DNA from: Verrucomicrobiota bacterium
Lineage (GTDB): Bacteria; Verrucomicrobiota; Verrucomicrobiia; Limisphaerales; UBA11358
Length of the DNA stretch: 64,000 nt
Direction of reading: 5' to 3'
Assembly: GCA_050010675.1 (NCBI GenBank)
Contig: JBEKKN010000004.1
Span: 172 to 64,171 of the forward strand
Positions 54,658 through 64,000 of this stretch are shown here, one piece after another. Positions within the stretch are counted from its first letter, which is position 1, and each line of letters opens with the position of its first letter. The notes beneath the pieces are model-generated. The model was not told where the DNA came from. It searched no databases and saw nothing but the letters and a program-made list of their open reading frames with translations. The position numbers and the translations under genes were made by a program.

Positions 54658-56727
54658 TCAACGCAGCAGCCGGCGCAGTTCCTCCGGCTGGTCTGTTGGC
54701 GGCTGACACGCAACGCCGGTGCAAAGATAGGCCACCGCGCCGCTTTTGGCGGGCAAAGTCCGCGCGAATTCCCCGACGGCGCCCCGGTTCCCCAGAACAA
54801 CCTTTTTCGGCTGATAGACCGAATGCGCGGCGCGCAGCAATTCACGGGTTCCGGCATCCGCCGGATCGCCGGCAATCACGACCTGCCGTGGCTCCTCCAA
54901 CCAAAAATCCACCGCTTGTAACAGGAACGGCATGGCTTGCGGGAAATTCTGCAAGCGGTGCGCGAATAATCGCAATGTCGCTTCCGCCGGCCGCCGCAAA
55001 TCATCGCGGCCGGTGATGGCGGCGAGCTTCAACAAGGCCAGCGTGGCGACGGAATTGCCGGACGGCTCAGCGCCGTCGTAATCGTCCTTCACGCGCAGAA
55101 TCAAATCCTTGGCCTCGGCGGCACCCTGCCAGAAACCGCCATCGGCCGCGTCGTAAAATTTTAAAATCATCGCTTCGGCGAGCGCGACGGCAAAATCAAG
55201 CGGCCTCGGATCCAGCGTGGCTTCATAAAGGTCAACCACCCCGGCCAGCATGAACGCGTAGCCTTCGAGCAATTGCACGTGATCGTGCGCGCCGTCGCGC
55301 CAGCGATGAAACAACGTCCGGTTTTTTTCGTCCCACAATTTTTCCTGGAGAAACGCCAGATTTTTCTCCGCCGCCGCCCGATATTTCGTTTCGCCGAGCA
55401 CGACATAGGCGTGGGCCATGGCGCCCAGCATCAAACCGTTCCAGGAAGCGAGGATTTTATCATCGAGATGCGGGCGGATGCGCCGGCGGCGCACCGCCCG
55501 CATCTTTGCTTGGGCGGAAACGAACCGGGGTTTTTCAGCGTCAGTCAGATTGGCATCCACCAGGCTCAGCACATTTTGGCCCGGCAACGGGCGCGGATGG
55601 CTGTGGTCAACGAAATTTCCATTTTCAGTGATGCCAAAAACGCGGACCACCACATTGAGTTCCTCGGCGGTCAACAGCGCGGAGAGTTCATCTTTCGACC
55701 AGCAGTAAAATTTTCCCTCATGGCCTTCGCTGTCGGCGTCCTCGGCGGAGTAGAAGCCGCCATCGGGATGGGTCAGGTCCCGCAAAACGTAGTCGAGAAT
55801 GTCGCGCGCACCGTCGGCGAATGGGGTTTCGGGTCGGGCCTCGGGCGTCTGGGCTGTGGAAACCAGATGCGCGTCGAGATAGAGCTGCGCGAGTTGGGCG
55901 TTGTCATAAAGCATCTTTTCGAAATGCGGCACCAGCCATTCGGCATCCACCGCATAACGGGCGAACCCGCCGCCCAGTTGATCGTGAATGCCGCCGGCCG
56001 CCATGCGCTCGCACGTGTACAAAACCATCCGCGCGGCCTCGTCGTCGCCAAAGCGGCTGGCGCAACGCAGCAACAGCAGCGGAACACTGGGTTGCGGAAA
56101 CTTCGGGGCACCGCCGAACCCGCCGTGACGCGGGTCGTAGGCCGACTTGAAAACGGTTGCGGCGTGGCGCAATGCGTCCGCCGTCAGCAGGAGATTTGAC
56201 GGCGCCGAGCCGGCCGTCGCCGCCGCCAACCGCGCTTGAATTTCGTTGGCCGAGCTCGTGAGTTCATCCCGGTGTTCCTGCCAAAGCCCGGCGATTTGGT
56301 GAAGCAATTGCAAAAACCCCGGCCGACCCTGACGATGGTCCGGCGGGAAATAGGTGCCGCCGAAGAACGGTTTCAATTCCGGCGTCAGAAAGAGGTTGAG
56401 CGGCCAGCCGCCGCCGCCGGTCGTGGCCTGGACAAAGGTCATGTAAATTTTATCCACGTCCGGACGTTCCTCGCGGTCCACCTTGATATTGACGAAACGA
56501 TCGTTGAGAAAGCCGGCAATCTTTTCGCTCTCGAACGACTCGCGTTCCATGACATGGCACCAATGGCAGGTGGAGTAGCCGATGCTCAGAAAAATCGGCT
56601 TGTTTTCCGCGCGCGCCCGGGCAAAGGCCTCGTCGCCCCAGGCGAACCAGTCCACCGGGTTGCGGGCGTGCTGGAGCAGATAGGGCGATTTCTCGCGGAC
56701 CAGACGGTTGGTGCGCTCGACGACCAT
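54658..56727 (-). CDS. thioredoxin-domain (DUF255) plus (alpha/alpha)6-barrel protein, YyaL/SPATA20-like
   Basis: [52 protein letters not shown] is the hallmark N-terminus of this family. Confidence 0.85.
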   Translation of the reverse strand: MVVERTNRLVREKSPYLLQHARNPVDWFAWGDEAFARARAENKPIFLSIGYSTCHWCHVMERESFESEKIAGFLNDRFVNIKVDREERPDVDKIYMTFVQATTGGGGWPLNLFLTPELKPFFGGTYFPPDHRQGRPGFLQLLHQIAGLWQEHRDELTSSANEIQARLAAATAGSAPSNLLLTADALRHAATVFKSAYDPRHGGFGGAPKFPQPSVPLLLLRCASRFGDDEAARMVLYTCERMAAGGIHDQLGGGFARYAVDAEWLVPHFEKMLYDNAQLAQLYLDAHLVSTAQTPEARPETPFADGARDILDYVLRDLTHPDGGFYSAEDADSEGHEGKFYCWSKDELSALLTAEELNVVVRVFGITENGNFVDHSHPRPLPGQNVLSLVDANLTDAEKPRFVSAQAKMRAVRRRRIRPHLDDKILASWNGLMLGAMAHAYVVLGETKYRAAAEKNLAFLQEKLWDEKNRTLFHRWRDGAHDHVQLLEGYAFMLAGVVDLYEATLDPRPLDFAVALAEAMILKFYDAADGGFWQGAAEAKDLILRVKDDYDGAEPSGNSVATLALLKLAAITGRDDLRRPAEATLRLFAHRLQNFPQAMPFLLQAVDFWLEEPRQVVIAGDPADAGTRELLRAAHSVYQPKKVVLGNRGAVGEFARTLPAKSGAVAYLCTGVACQPPTDQPEELRRLLR

Positions 56728-56822
56728 TCACCGAAAGATAGGGTGCGCGGGAGAAGGCGCAAAATGAAAAGCGAAGCCAATTTTGCGTCGTCAGCAAGGC
56801 GCGGCTGCACTAGATTGACGAC

Positions 56823-57563
56823 ATGTTATCCGCCAAACCCTGGCGTTGGGAAATGGTCATCTGGTTTTGCGCGGCGCAACTGGTCAGTCTGTGCCTGGGA
56901 TTGACGATCATCGGGCTGCTGCAAAAGGCCGGGGTCGCCGCGTTTCAAACGCCGACGGGTTCCGGCGCGATCGTGCTCGGTACACTGGCTTTCCAGGGCA
57001 TGACGTGGGTGTTGATTTTTATTTTTTTGCGGCTGCATCACACCCACTGGCGTGATGCCTTTGGCTGGCACCGGTCGGAATTCAACCGCACCTGGTTTCC
57101 AACCGTAACGGTGGTGATTGTTTTTCTGCCGCCGGTGGTGTTGTTGTTACAATCCGTGTCCATGCTTGTGCTCACCAAAATGGGCTGGCCACCCGAGCAG
57201 GAGACCGCCGTGACGGTGCTGACCGGCGCTAAAACCTGGTGGCTGCGCGCTTATCTGGGCGTGTTCACGGTGGTGATCGCGCCGGTGGCCGAGGAATTTT
57301 TTTTTCGCGGCATGTTGTATCCGTTCGTCAAGCAGCTCGGCCGGCCGCGTCTGGCATGGTTCGGCGTCAGCTTTCTGTTCGCCCTGATTCACTGGGATGC
57401 GGCGGCATTCGTAGCGTTGTTCCTGCTGGCGCTCGTGTTGACATGGCTTTACGAAAAGACCGACAATTTGCTCGTGCCCATCGTGGCGCATGCATTCTTC
57501 AATGCGGTAAATCTCATCCTGCTCTGCTTATTTCATAATGAATTTAAACCGGGCCCATCGTGA
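56823..57563 (+). CDS. CPBP family intramembrane glutamic endopeptidase
   Basis: It is polytopic, with PVAEEFFFRG (EExxxR motif) and ...HAFFNAVN.... Confidence 0.8.
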   Translation: MLSAKPWRWEMVIWFCAAQLVSLCLGLTIIGLLQKAGVAAFQTPTGSGAIVLGTLAFQGMTWVLIFIFLRLHHTHWRDAFGWHRSEFNRTWFPTVTVVIVFLPPVVLLLQSVSMLVLTKMGWPPEQETAVTVLTGAKTWWLRAYLGVFTVVIAPVAEEFFFRGMLYPFVKQLGRPRLAWFGVSFLFALIHWDAAAFVALFLLALVLTWLYEKTDNLLVPIVAHAFFNAVNLILLCLFHNEFKPGPS

Positions 57564-58492
57564 ACGAGTTTGAACTCATCGCCAGACTGACGAAAGCGCT
57601 GCCCGCCAACCAAACCGTGGTGATCGGTGCGGGCGACGATTGCGCCGTGTTGGATTTCGGCCTGCCGGACAAGCTGTTCCTGTTCAAAACCGACGCGGTC
57701 GTGGAAGGCGTCCATTTCGACGACGTCACGCCACCGGAAAAAATCGGGCGCAAGGCGCTCGCGCGCTGCCTGAGTGACATTGCGGCCATGGCCGGCACGC
57801 CGGCCGCCGCGGTGGTCACCATCGGACTGCCGGAACATTTCAAACCGGCAGCCATTGAAAAAGTTTACGGCGGCATGAATGGCCTCGCCAAAAAACACGG
57901 CGTGGCCATTGTTGGCGGCGAAACGACGGCGAACCCGGAATGCCTTTTTATTTCGGTGGCCCTGGTGGGAACCGTCGGCCGGGGCAAACAAATCCTCCGT
58001 TCGACCGCCCGGGCCGGCGACGCCATCTTTGTAACCGGTGAACTGGGCGGTTCTGCTGCCGGCAAGCATCTTGATTTCGAACCGCGTCTGGCCGAAGCGC
58101 GCTGGCTGGCGGAGAATTTTCCCGTCCACGCGATGATTGACCTGAGCGACGGACTGGCCGGCGATTTGCGGCATATTTTGGATGCCAGCGGCGTTGGTGC
58201 AGAGCTTTCAAAACCGGCGATTCCCATCAGCCGGGCGGCAAAGGACAGCGCGCGCGGAAATCCCTTCACAACAACCGCGTTGACCGCCGCGCTCAGCGAC
58301 GGCGAAGATTTTGAATTGTTGTTCACGGTGGCGGCCGGTGCCGCAGAGAAATTGCTGGATGCCTGGAAGAAACAATTTCCCAAACTGCGCCTGAGCTGTA
58401 TCGGCAAAATCAATCCGGGCACCGGCGTTACCCTTCGCGACAAGGACGGCGTGCAACCGCTGACGGCTCATGGCTACGTTCATTTCGCATAG
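57560..58492 (+). CDS. thiL: thiamine-monophosphate kinase
   Basis: MNEFELIARL...GDDCAVL...KTDAVVEGVHF...LSDIAAMAG...VGGETT...SDGL are present. Confidence 0.9.
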   Translation: MNEFELIARLTKALPANQTVVIGAGDDCAVLDFGLPDKLFLFKTDAVVEGVHFDDVTPPEKIGRKALARCLSDIAAMAGTPAAAVVTIGLPEHFKPAAIEKVYGGMNGLAKKHGVAIVGGETTANPECLFISVALVGTVGRGKQILRSTARAGDAIFVTGELGGSAAGKHLDFEPRLAEARWLAENFPVHAMIDLSDGLAGDLRHILDASGVGAELSKPAIPISRAAKDSARGNPFTTTALTAALSDGEDFELLFTVAAGAAEKLLDAWKKQFPKLRLSCIGKINPGTGVTLRDKDGVQPLTAHGYVHFA

Positions 58493-58913
58493 TCCGGCAG
58501 AGACCCAATCGCTCGGCGAATCCTGGGGGCGCGCCGCGGAACGCGGATGGGTGATGGCGTTATCGGGCGATTTGGGCGCGGGCAAGACAGAGCTGGTAAA
58601 AGGCATCGCGCGCGGACTGGGCGCCACGGCGCGCGTCCATTCGCCGACGTTCACGCTGGTGAACGAATACGGTGGCGGGCGGTTGCGCTTGTTTCATCTG
58701 GACCTGTACCGGCTTGAGCTGCCCGGACAATTCGTGGCGGCGGGGCTCGAAGAATTTTTGCAACCCGACGGCATAACGGTGATTGAATGGGCGGAAAGAC
58801 TGTCGAAGACCGAAGGTCGAAAGCCGGACACGGGTAAAAACTGGCTGCGGGTGAATTTTGAGATCATCGGCGGGACGGAACGAAAAATAGTTTATGACGA
58901 TTCTGGCGCTTGA
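58470..58913 (+). CDS. tsaE: tRNA threonylcarbamoyladenosine biosynthesis ATPase TsaE
   Basis: LSGDLGAGKTELVKGIARGLG..VHSPTFTLVNEY...HLDLYRL are present. Confidence 0.85.
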   Translation: MATFISHSPAETQSLGESWGRAAERGWVMALSGDLGAGKTELVKGIARGLGATARVHSPTFTLVNEYGGGRLRLFHLDLYRLELPGQFVAAGLEEFLQPDGITVIEWAERLSKTEGRKPDTGKNWLRVNFEIIGGTERKIVYDDSGA

Positions 58914-59556
58914 ATTTTCCTCGGCTCAACGCAGCGTGGCCGTCGTGCGCCCCGGCCAGCCGCACATTTCCGTGGAAGCCGTTGAAACCGGTGCGGGTGG
59001 AACGAACGCGTTTCGCCTGGTTGAAAAAGTCCTGGCCGGCGCAAAAGTCGAGCGTGAACAAATCGAGGGGCTGGCCGTCGGATTGGGCCCCGGTTCCTAC
59101 ACGGGCGTTCGCGTGGCAATTTCGATCGCGCAGGGCTGGCAACTGGCGCGCCGGGTGAAATTGCTGGGCATCGGCAGCAGTAAATGTCTGGCGGCACAGG
59201 CCCAGGCGGAAAAAATATTTGGCCGGGTAAACGTGGTGATCGATGCGCAGCGAAATGAATTGTATCTGGCAGCGTATGACATTTCGTCGGAGGGATGGGC
59301 GGAAATTGAGCCGCTGCGAATCGTGCCGCTGGCCGAACTCCAATCCCGCGCCAACGCCGGTGGAATCTGGGCCGGTCCAGAAGTCACCCGGTGGCTGCCG
59401 GATGGGAAAATCCTTTTTCCGTCGGCCGCAACCATGGGGCGGCTCGCCGCCGGACAAAATGACTTCGTGAGCGGTAACGACCTGGCACCGATTTACCTAC
59501 GGGAGACCAATTTCGTCAAAGCGCCCCCAGGTCGTGCAGACCTTGAAATGAGCTAA
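58894..59556 (+). CDS. tsaB: tRNA threonylcarbamoyladenosine biosynthesis protein TsaB
   Basis: ILALEFSSAQRSVAV...GLGPGSYTGVRVAISIAQG are present. It overlaps the end of tsaE. Confidence 0.85.
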   Translation: MTILALEFSSAQRSVAVVRPGQPHISVEAVETGAGGTNAFRLVEKVLAGAKVEREQIEGLAVGLGPGSYTGVRVAISIAQGWQLARRVKLLGIGSSKCLAAQAQAEKIFGRVNVVIDAQRNELYLAAYDISSEGWAEIEPLRIVPLAELQSRANAGGIWAGPEVTRWLPDGKILFPSAATMGRLAAGQNDFVSGNDLAPIYLRETNFVKAPPGRADLEMS

Positions 59557-59691
59557 ACGGGACCGTTTGGCGTCCCACCGAAGCAGCTCCGTGGTTTGCA
59601 GATCTTGTCATGTTTTCGGACAACTTTAACAAGGAGTCAGAACCAACTCATTGATGGCACGATAGATACGTATAATCGAATAGCCGAATAG

Positions 59692-59707
59692 TGGTATAAC
59701 GCTTGCT
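59692..59707 (+). promoter_or_regulatory. candidate sigma-54 promoter (TGGTATAACGCTTGCT; GG and TTGC at canonical -24/-12 spacing)
   Basis: The sequence matches TGGCACG-N4-TTGC at the GG and TTGC positions with exact spacing. It lies about 60 nt upstream of the first prepilin gene ATG (59767). Confidence 0.35.
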
Positions 59708-59766
59708 GTATTTTCACTGACAACAGGCAATTGGCCTCATTCCAAAAATTAAGCGTTAATCGATTT

Positions 59767-60231
59767 ATGGTGACGAGCAATAAGAAGACCGCCCGGTCGA
59801 AGGCAGGCGCGGCATTTACCCTGGTGGAAGTGACGATGGCCCTCGGCATATTGGTATTGGCGATGTCGGGAATGATTTACGGCTACACACAAACCAACTA
59901 TCAGGCGGAATGGAGTTCGATGTCGCTGGCCGTTCAGGCGTTGACCGTTCAATCCATCGAACAGGCCCGGGCTGCAAAATGGGATATTTATTCGACCGCG
60001 TCGGGATCAAATCCCGATGAACTTCCACCGGGAACAACCAATATCATCTATACCAACGCGGTTCTGATTCCCTCCAGCGGCCAAACCATGAGTGTCACCA
60101 ATATACTGAAAATCACCACCATCACGACGATTCCTGCGGTCCGCCAGATACGTTCGGACTGTGCGTGGTATTTTCCACGCACCGGAATATGGTTCACCAA
60201 CACCGTAATCACTTATCGCGGGGGAAACTAA
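59767..60231 (+). CDS. prepilin-type N-terminal cleavage/methylation domain protein (pseudopilin)
   Basis: ...KAGAAFTLVEVTMALGILVLAMSG matches the class III signal peptide and hydrophobic helix. Confidence 0.7.
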   Translation: MVTSNKKTARSKAGAAFTLVEVTMALGILVLAMSGMIYGYTQTNYQAEWSSMSLAVQALTVQSIEQARAAKWDIYSTASGSNPDELPPGTTNIIYTNAVLIPSSGQTMSVTNILKITTITTIPAVRQIRSDCAWYFPRTGIWFTNTVITYRGGN

Positions 60232-60833
60232 TGAAACTACTGTCAAACAGCTGGTCACGGAAAGCATCGGTCTGGGCCATGAACCTCCGGGCTTTCACCC
60301 TGGTGGAGTTGATGATCACCATGGCTATTTTTATGATGCTGGTGCTGGCGATGGTCGGGGTGCAAATTTTCGGTTTCAAAATAAACTCGCTTACGACCAG
60401 CAAGTTGATCTCCACCGCCTATAGCCTCAAGGCCCTGGATCAGATTCAAAGCCAGGTCCGCGGCGCAAGCTCGGCAGTGGTCGGAACCGGAACCAGTCTG
60501 GCGTCGTTCACCGCCACCAGCACCACCGGTCCGGCGCTGATGATCTTTTCTCCCACCGGCGGAAGCAACCTTCTGTATCTCTCCACCAATACGGGCGGCC
60601 TCTATGAGATTTTCAGCGCTAACAACCAGCAAATGACCGTGGCCTCCAATCTCACCAATCAGGTGTTGTTCCAGACGGTGGATTGCCATGGCAACAATAT
60701 TTCATCCAGCGGCCTTGAGCATTACGCCATCCGGATGACCCTGCAATTTTATAAAGTGGACTATCAGGTTCCCACTAATGTTTCCTCGTACTACACCTTC
60801 CAGACGGAGATGACTCCCCGCAGCCAGGACTAA
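60231..60833 (+). CDS. prepilin-type N-terminal cleavage/methylation domain protein (pseudopilin)
   Basis: ...LRAFTLVELMITMAIFMMLVLAMVG is present. The start is at 60231 (TAATG overlap) or 60279 (MNLRAFTLVEL). Confidence 0.7.
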   Translation: MKLLSNSWSRKASVWAMNLRAFTLVELMITMAIFMMLVLAMVGVQIFGFKINSLTTSKLISTAYSLKALDQIQSQVRGASSAVVGTGTSLASFTATSTTGPALMIFSPTGGSNLLYLSTNTGGLYEIFSANNQQMTVASNLTNQVLFQTVDCHGNNISSSGLEHYAIRMTLQFYKVDYQVPTNVSSYYTFQTEMTPRSQD

Positions 60834-60867
60834 AGCCACACCATTTAACCAAATCCCGGAGACCGCC

Positions 60868-62763
60868 ATGAAAATTGCACGTAACATTTACCAACCATGC
60901 GTCCGAGGCTATGCCTTGTTGATGACCATGATCTTCATCAGTGTTGCGCTATTGTTGCTGGTCAGTGTGATGAACTGGACCAACAGCAGCGCCCGGCAGA
61001 CGGAACGGAATAATTTGTTCGGTTTGGGCACGGGCGCCGCCGAAGCCGCGACCGAAAGCGTTATCGCCCAAATGACGTTTGATTTTTTTAACCAGAATTT
61101 CGCGAACGGGAGCAATTATTACACGACCAACAGCATCAACCTGCTTCCGGTAACAACGGGTTGGCCGGTTCAATTCACCTTCACCAATCCTTCGAACAGC
61201 AGCCCGGTCTATGTGAGCGTCAACCCCATTAACTGGACCACGAACTGGGGATCCCTGTTTGCCGCCAATTATACGGGAATGCACGCCGATATCGCCAATT
61301 GTACCGTGATTTCCACCGCCACCGCCCTCAATCAACCGTATACCAACGTTTCAGCGACAGTCCAGCAAACGTTTGAATTGGCCGCCATTCCCATCTTCCA
61401 ATATGCCATTTTTTATGACCTGAACATGGAGATTGATCCCGGCGCCTCCATGACCGTCACCGGCCCGGTCTACTCCAATGGCGGTATTTGGTCCGGGTCA
61501 ACCGTTTTGACATTCAATTCCCCGGTCAGCGCGGCGGGAAACATCTATAACACCAATTCGGATCCTTTTGCATCGAGTTACACCGGCAGCGGTCCCTCCC
61601 AATATCTTACAGCCTCGAACATCAGCCAGGACACCTTGGCCTTGCCCATCGGCCAGACGAATGACCCCACAGCCATCCGGGCGCTGCTGAACCTGCCCCC
61701 CGCCGGCACAGCTCCGTATTCGAGCACCGGCCAGTTGTATTTTATCAACCAAACCGACTTGATCGTTTCCAATTCACCTGGGGGCACCCTTTCCGCCTAT
61801 CTTCAGGATTCGAATAATGTCACGCCACTCCAGTACATCACTCCCGACGTGACGCAATCCATCACCAACCTGACTTATAGTTACGCCACCAATGTCTCCC
61901 ATCCGGTCACGACAAATTGGAACGCTGGTCACACTAAAATAACCGGTTATACCACCAATACGTTCACCTCTATAACCACCAACACCACGGCCACCATTTC
62001 GGTGACCAACTTTTACTCTTTTGCAACCAACATCTCGTTTTACGATTATCGCGAGGGAAAAACCGTGGCCGCCGTCCAGCTGAATGTGGGGGCATTGACC
62101 AATTGGCTGGTCAGCCCGAATGGCAGCACGCTAAACAGTCAGGTGTACACTGACACCGGACATTATATTGATTCCGTCTATGTCTATAATAATGCCCCAT
62201 CCAGCAGCTCCAGTCTTCCCGCCGTACGCATGGCCAATGGCTCCGTCCTTCCGGATCAAGGGCTGACCGTGGTCACACCCGATCCACTCTATGTGTTGGG
62301 TAATTACAATGCCAACGGCTCGTCGCTGGGCACCACCAACACGTCCAACACCCAGCCGGCCGCCCTGTTCGGCGATTCCATTACCGCCCTTTCCACCAGC
62401 TGGAGCGACAACTGGAACTCGAGCACTGCCTTGAGTTCGCGCAATCCTGGCGCCACCACCATCAACGCCGCGGCATTTGAAGGCATCGTCCCAACCGTTG
62501 GCGCCAATTACAGCGGCGGTGTAGAAAATTTCATTCGTCTGCTGGAAAACTGGAGCAGTTCCACGGCTCTGACCTATAACGGGTCCATTGTTGTCATGTT
62601 TCCCAGCCAATACGCCACGAATAGATGGCAGCAAACCGGCGTTTATTACAATGCGCCCAAGCGTAATTGGGCCTTTGACCTTAATTTCCAAAGTAATAAC
62701 GGACTGCCACCGCTCACCCCCAGAGTCACCAAGATATTCCGTCAAACGTGGAGCGTATATTGA
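60868..62763 (+). CDS. large pilus/pseudopilus-associated protein with a PilX-like N-terminal anchor
   Basis: The N-terminal hydrophobic segment is RGYALLMTMIFISVALLLLVSVMNW. The body is Thr/Asn/Ser-rich. It is the third gene of the pseudopilin operon. Confidence 0.5.
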   Translation: MKIARNIYQPCVRGYALLMTMIFISVALLLLVSVMNWTNSSARQTERNNLFGLGTGAAEAATESVIAQMTFDFFNQNFANGSNYYTTNSINLLPVTTGWPVQFTFTNPSNSSPVYVSVNPINWTTNWGSLFAANYTGMHADIANCTVISTATALNQPYTNVSATVQQTFELAAIPIFQYAIFYDLNMEIDPGASMTVTGPVYSNGGIWSGSTVLTFNSPVSAAGNIYNTNSDPFASSYTGSGPSQYLTASNISQDTLALPIGQTNDPTAIRALLNLPPAGTAPYSSTGQLYFINQTDLIVSNSPGGTLSAYLQDSNNVTPLQYITPDVTQSITNLTYSYATNVSHPVTTNWNAGHTKITGYTTNTFTSITTNTTATISVTNFYSFATNISFYDYREGKTVAAVQLNVGALTNWLVSPNGSTLNSQVYTDTGHYIDSVYVYNNAPSSSSSLPAVRMANGSVLPDQGLTVVTPDPLYVLGNYNANGSSLGTTNTSNTQPAALFGDSITALSTSWSDNWNSSTALSSRNPGATTINAAAFEGIVPTVGANYSGGVENFIRLLENWSSSTALTYNGSIVVMFPSQYATNRWQQTGVYYNAPKRNWAFDLNFQSNNGLPPLTPRVTKIFRQTWSVY

Positions 62764-62826
62764 CCCGGATTGCGGGAAAACGAAAACGTTCTTCCGCCGG
62801 AACTTTCGCGCGGGTATGCTGCGAAC

Positions 62827-63873
62827 GTGAAAGCCGCCATCCTTCACGGTCGGGAACACCTTCAAATCGAGGACATCGCTCCCCCATCGCTGAAAACCGG
62901 TGAAGTCCGTGTCCGCATCGAGGCGGCGCTCACCTGCGGCACCGACCTGAAGGTTTACAAACGCGGTTATCACGCCAAAATGATTGTGCCGCCCGCCGCG
63001 TTTGGGCATGAACTGGCTGGTGTCATTTGCGAAGTTCAAAGCCCAAAACCCAGGTCCCCGGGCTGGGACTGGAAAATCGGCGATCGCGTCGTAGCAGCCA
63101 ATTCCGCGCCTTGTGGCGGTTGTTTTCACTGCTGTGAAGGCCAGGAAAATCTCTGCGAACAGTTGTTGTTCCTGAACGGCACCTACGCCGAATCCATCGT
63201 CATCCCGGCACGGCTCGTCCAGCAGAACCTGTTGCGGCTCAAACCGGAAACCGGTTTCCGCGACGCCGCCCTCGTTGAACCGGTGGCTTGCGTCGTCCAG
63301 GGGGTGAATGACACGAAACTGCGCGCCGGGCAAAATGTGCTGGTCATCGGCGCCGGGCCCATTGGCTTGATGTTTGTCGCGCTCTCAAAAAATCTTGGCT
63401 GCCACGTCACCATGGCCGGGCGGCGCGCGGCGCGATTGGCAGCCGCACAACGGCTGGGCGCGGAGCGGGTCATTGACATTGGCGACGGCCACGCATTGGC
63501 CGCCAAAATCCGGGGTGCGGCCCCGACGCGTTTCGATGCCGTGATTGAAGCGGTCGGCAAACCGGAAACGTGGGAGGCCGCTGGGCAACTCGTGCGCAAG
63601 GGCGGCACGGTGAATTTTTTCGGCGGCTGCCCGGCCGGCTCCAAAGTGTCATTCCACACGGAATTGATTCATTATTCCAATCTCACCCTCCTGGCGAGTT
63701 TTCATCACACGCCGCGGACCATCCGGCGCGCCCTGGAATTGATCGAAGCCGGCGTGGTCCGCGCGCGGGATTTTGTGGACGGCGAATGCCCGTTGAGCCA
63801 ATTGCCGGAACTGTTCAAGACCATGGCAGCAGGCAATCACGCCATCAAGACCTTGATCCGGGTGCACGAATAA
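62827..63873 (+). CDS. zinc-dependent medium-chain alcohol/polyol dehydrogenase family
   Basis: ...LTCGTDLKVYKRGYH... and ...GHELAGV... (catalytic Zn) are present. ...CGGCFHCCEGQENLC... is the structural Zn motif and ...VLVIGAGPIG... the Rossmann motif. The GTG at 62827 is preferred; the ORF opens at 62770. Confidence 0.85.
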   Translation: MKAAILHGREHLQIEDIAPPSLKTGEVRVRIEAALTCGTDLKVYKRGYHAKMIVPPAAFGHELAGVICEVQSPKPRSPGWDWKIGDRVVAANSAPCGGCFHCCEGQENLCEQLLFLNGTYAESIVIPARLVQQNLLRLKPETGFRDAALVEPVACVVQGVNDTKLRAGQNVLVIGAGPIGLMFVALSKNLGCHVTMAGRRAARLAAAQRLGAERVIDIGDGHALAAKIRGAAPTRFDAVIEAVGKPETWEAAGQLVRKGGTVNFFGGCPAGSKVSFHTELIHYSNLTLLASFHHTPRTIRRALELIEAGVVRARDFVDGECPLSQLPELFKTMAAGNHAIKTLIRVHE

Positions 63874-63878
63874 ATCGT

Positions 63879-63929
63879 GAGGGAAGGCCTGTCGCCGCCC
63901 CGAAACGGGCCGCTGACACGCGACGCTCC
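63879..63929. repeat. degenerate inverted pair of the 'GRDG' palindromic family
   Basis: The left unit GAGGGAAGGCCTGTCGCCGCCCC (63879-63901) matches the family core at about 19 of 22 positions. The right unit GGGCCGCTGACACGCGACGCTCC (63907-63929) is a weaker inverted copy. It lies between two convergent genes. Confidence 0.5.
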
Positions 63930-63933
63930 GGCA

Positions 63934-64000
63934 TTATTTTATAAAATCCTCCAAAACCTGGTGCAGCTTTTTCAGGTCCGGCAGGTTCACGTACATCATG
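63934..64000 (-). CDS. 3' end of an unidentified gene running into the window edge
   Basis: The minus-strand frame reads ...MMYVNLPDLKKLHQVLEDFIK* with the stop at 63934-63936. Only 21 codons are visible. Confidence 0.25.
   Translation of the reverse strand, partial: MMYVNLPDLKKLHQVLEDFIK

Noticed and set aside
59655-59670. TGGCACGATAGATACG as a sigma-54 promoter.
   Set aside because: It has the -24 TGGCAC element, but there is no TTGC/GC element at the -12 position. The downstream TGGTATAACGCTTGCT fits better.

Overview
This is a 64-kb window of a bacterial chromosome at roughly 60% GC, read by eye only: no searches, no folding, no statistics. Gene content, the many prepilin-type genes and the abundant short 'word' repeats suggest a Verrucomicrobiota/PVC-type organism, but that is inference. 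Most of the window is housekeeping: nrnA(partial)-truB-ribF, rpoD, hisC, argA, proA, alr, leuC-like, argH, lysA, thiL-tsaE-tsaB, pta, rnpB and one tRNA-Thr.

The main things worth a second look are:
- (1) A minus-strand cluster at 39.3-46.2 kb holds a monohaem cytochrome c and two tandem fusions of a multihaem cytochrome c to a cytochrome b. One has 11 CxxCH motifs and the other 9, an architecture like Geobacter CbcL. A thioredoxin-fold protein and a REC-histidine kinase sit alongside.
- (2) The kdp locus at 5.4-12.0 kb appears to be controlled by a ydaO-type c-di-AMP riboswitch rather than KdpDE. It has two tandem KdpF-like 27-aa peptides, an extra small membrane ORF after kdpC, and a kinase-less KdpD sensor protein.
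- (3) A GC-rich palindromic repeat family occurs as intergenic hairpins and also as two in-frame inverted-pair insertions, of 27 and 21 codons, inside two ATP-grasp-like genes. This is reminiscent of Rickettsia palindromic elements. A (GAAGTGC)x4 heptamer tract lies inside one of the same genes.
- (4) A putative copper-handling cluster at 22.5-26.0 kb includes two uncharacterised Cys-rich components.
- (5) There are AT-rich islets, at 346-1017, 2440-2900 and 14880-15550.
- (6) The RNase P RNA looks unusually compact.
- (7) pta is split into two genes in inverted domain order.

No CRISPR array, transposase, integrase or recognisable defence system was seen. Many long ORFs in the supplied track are antisense shadow ORFs of GC-rich genes and were not called.
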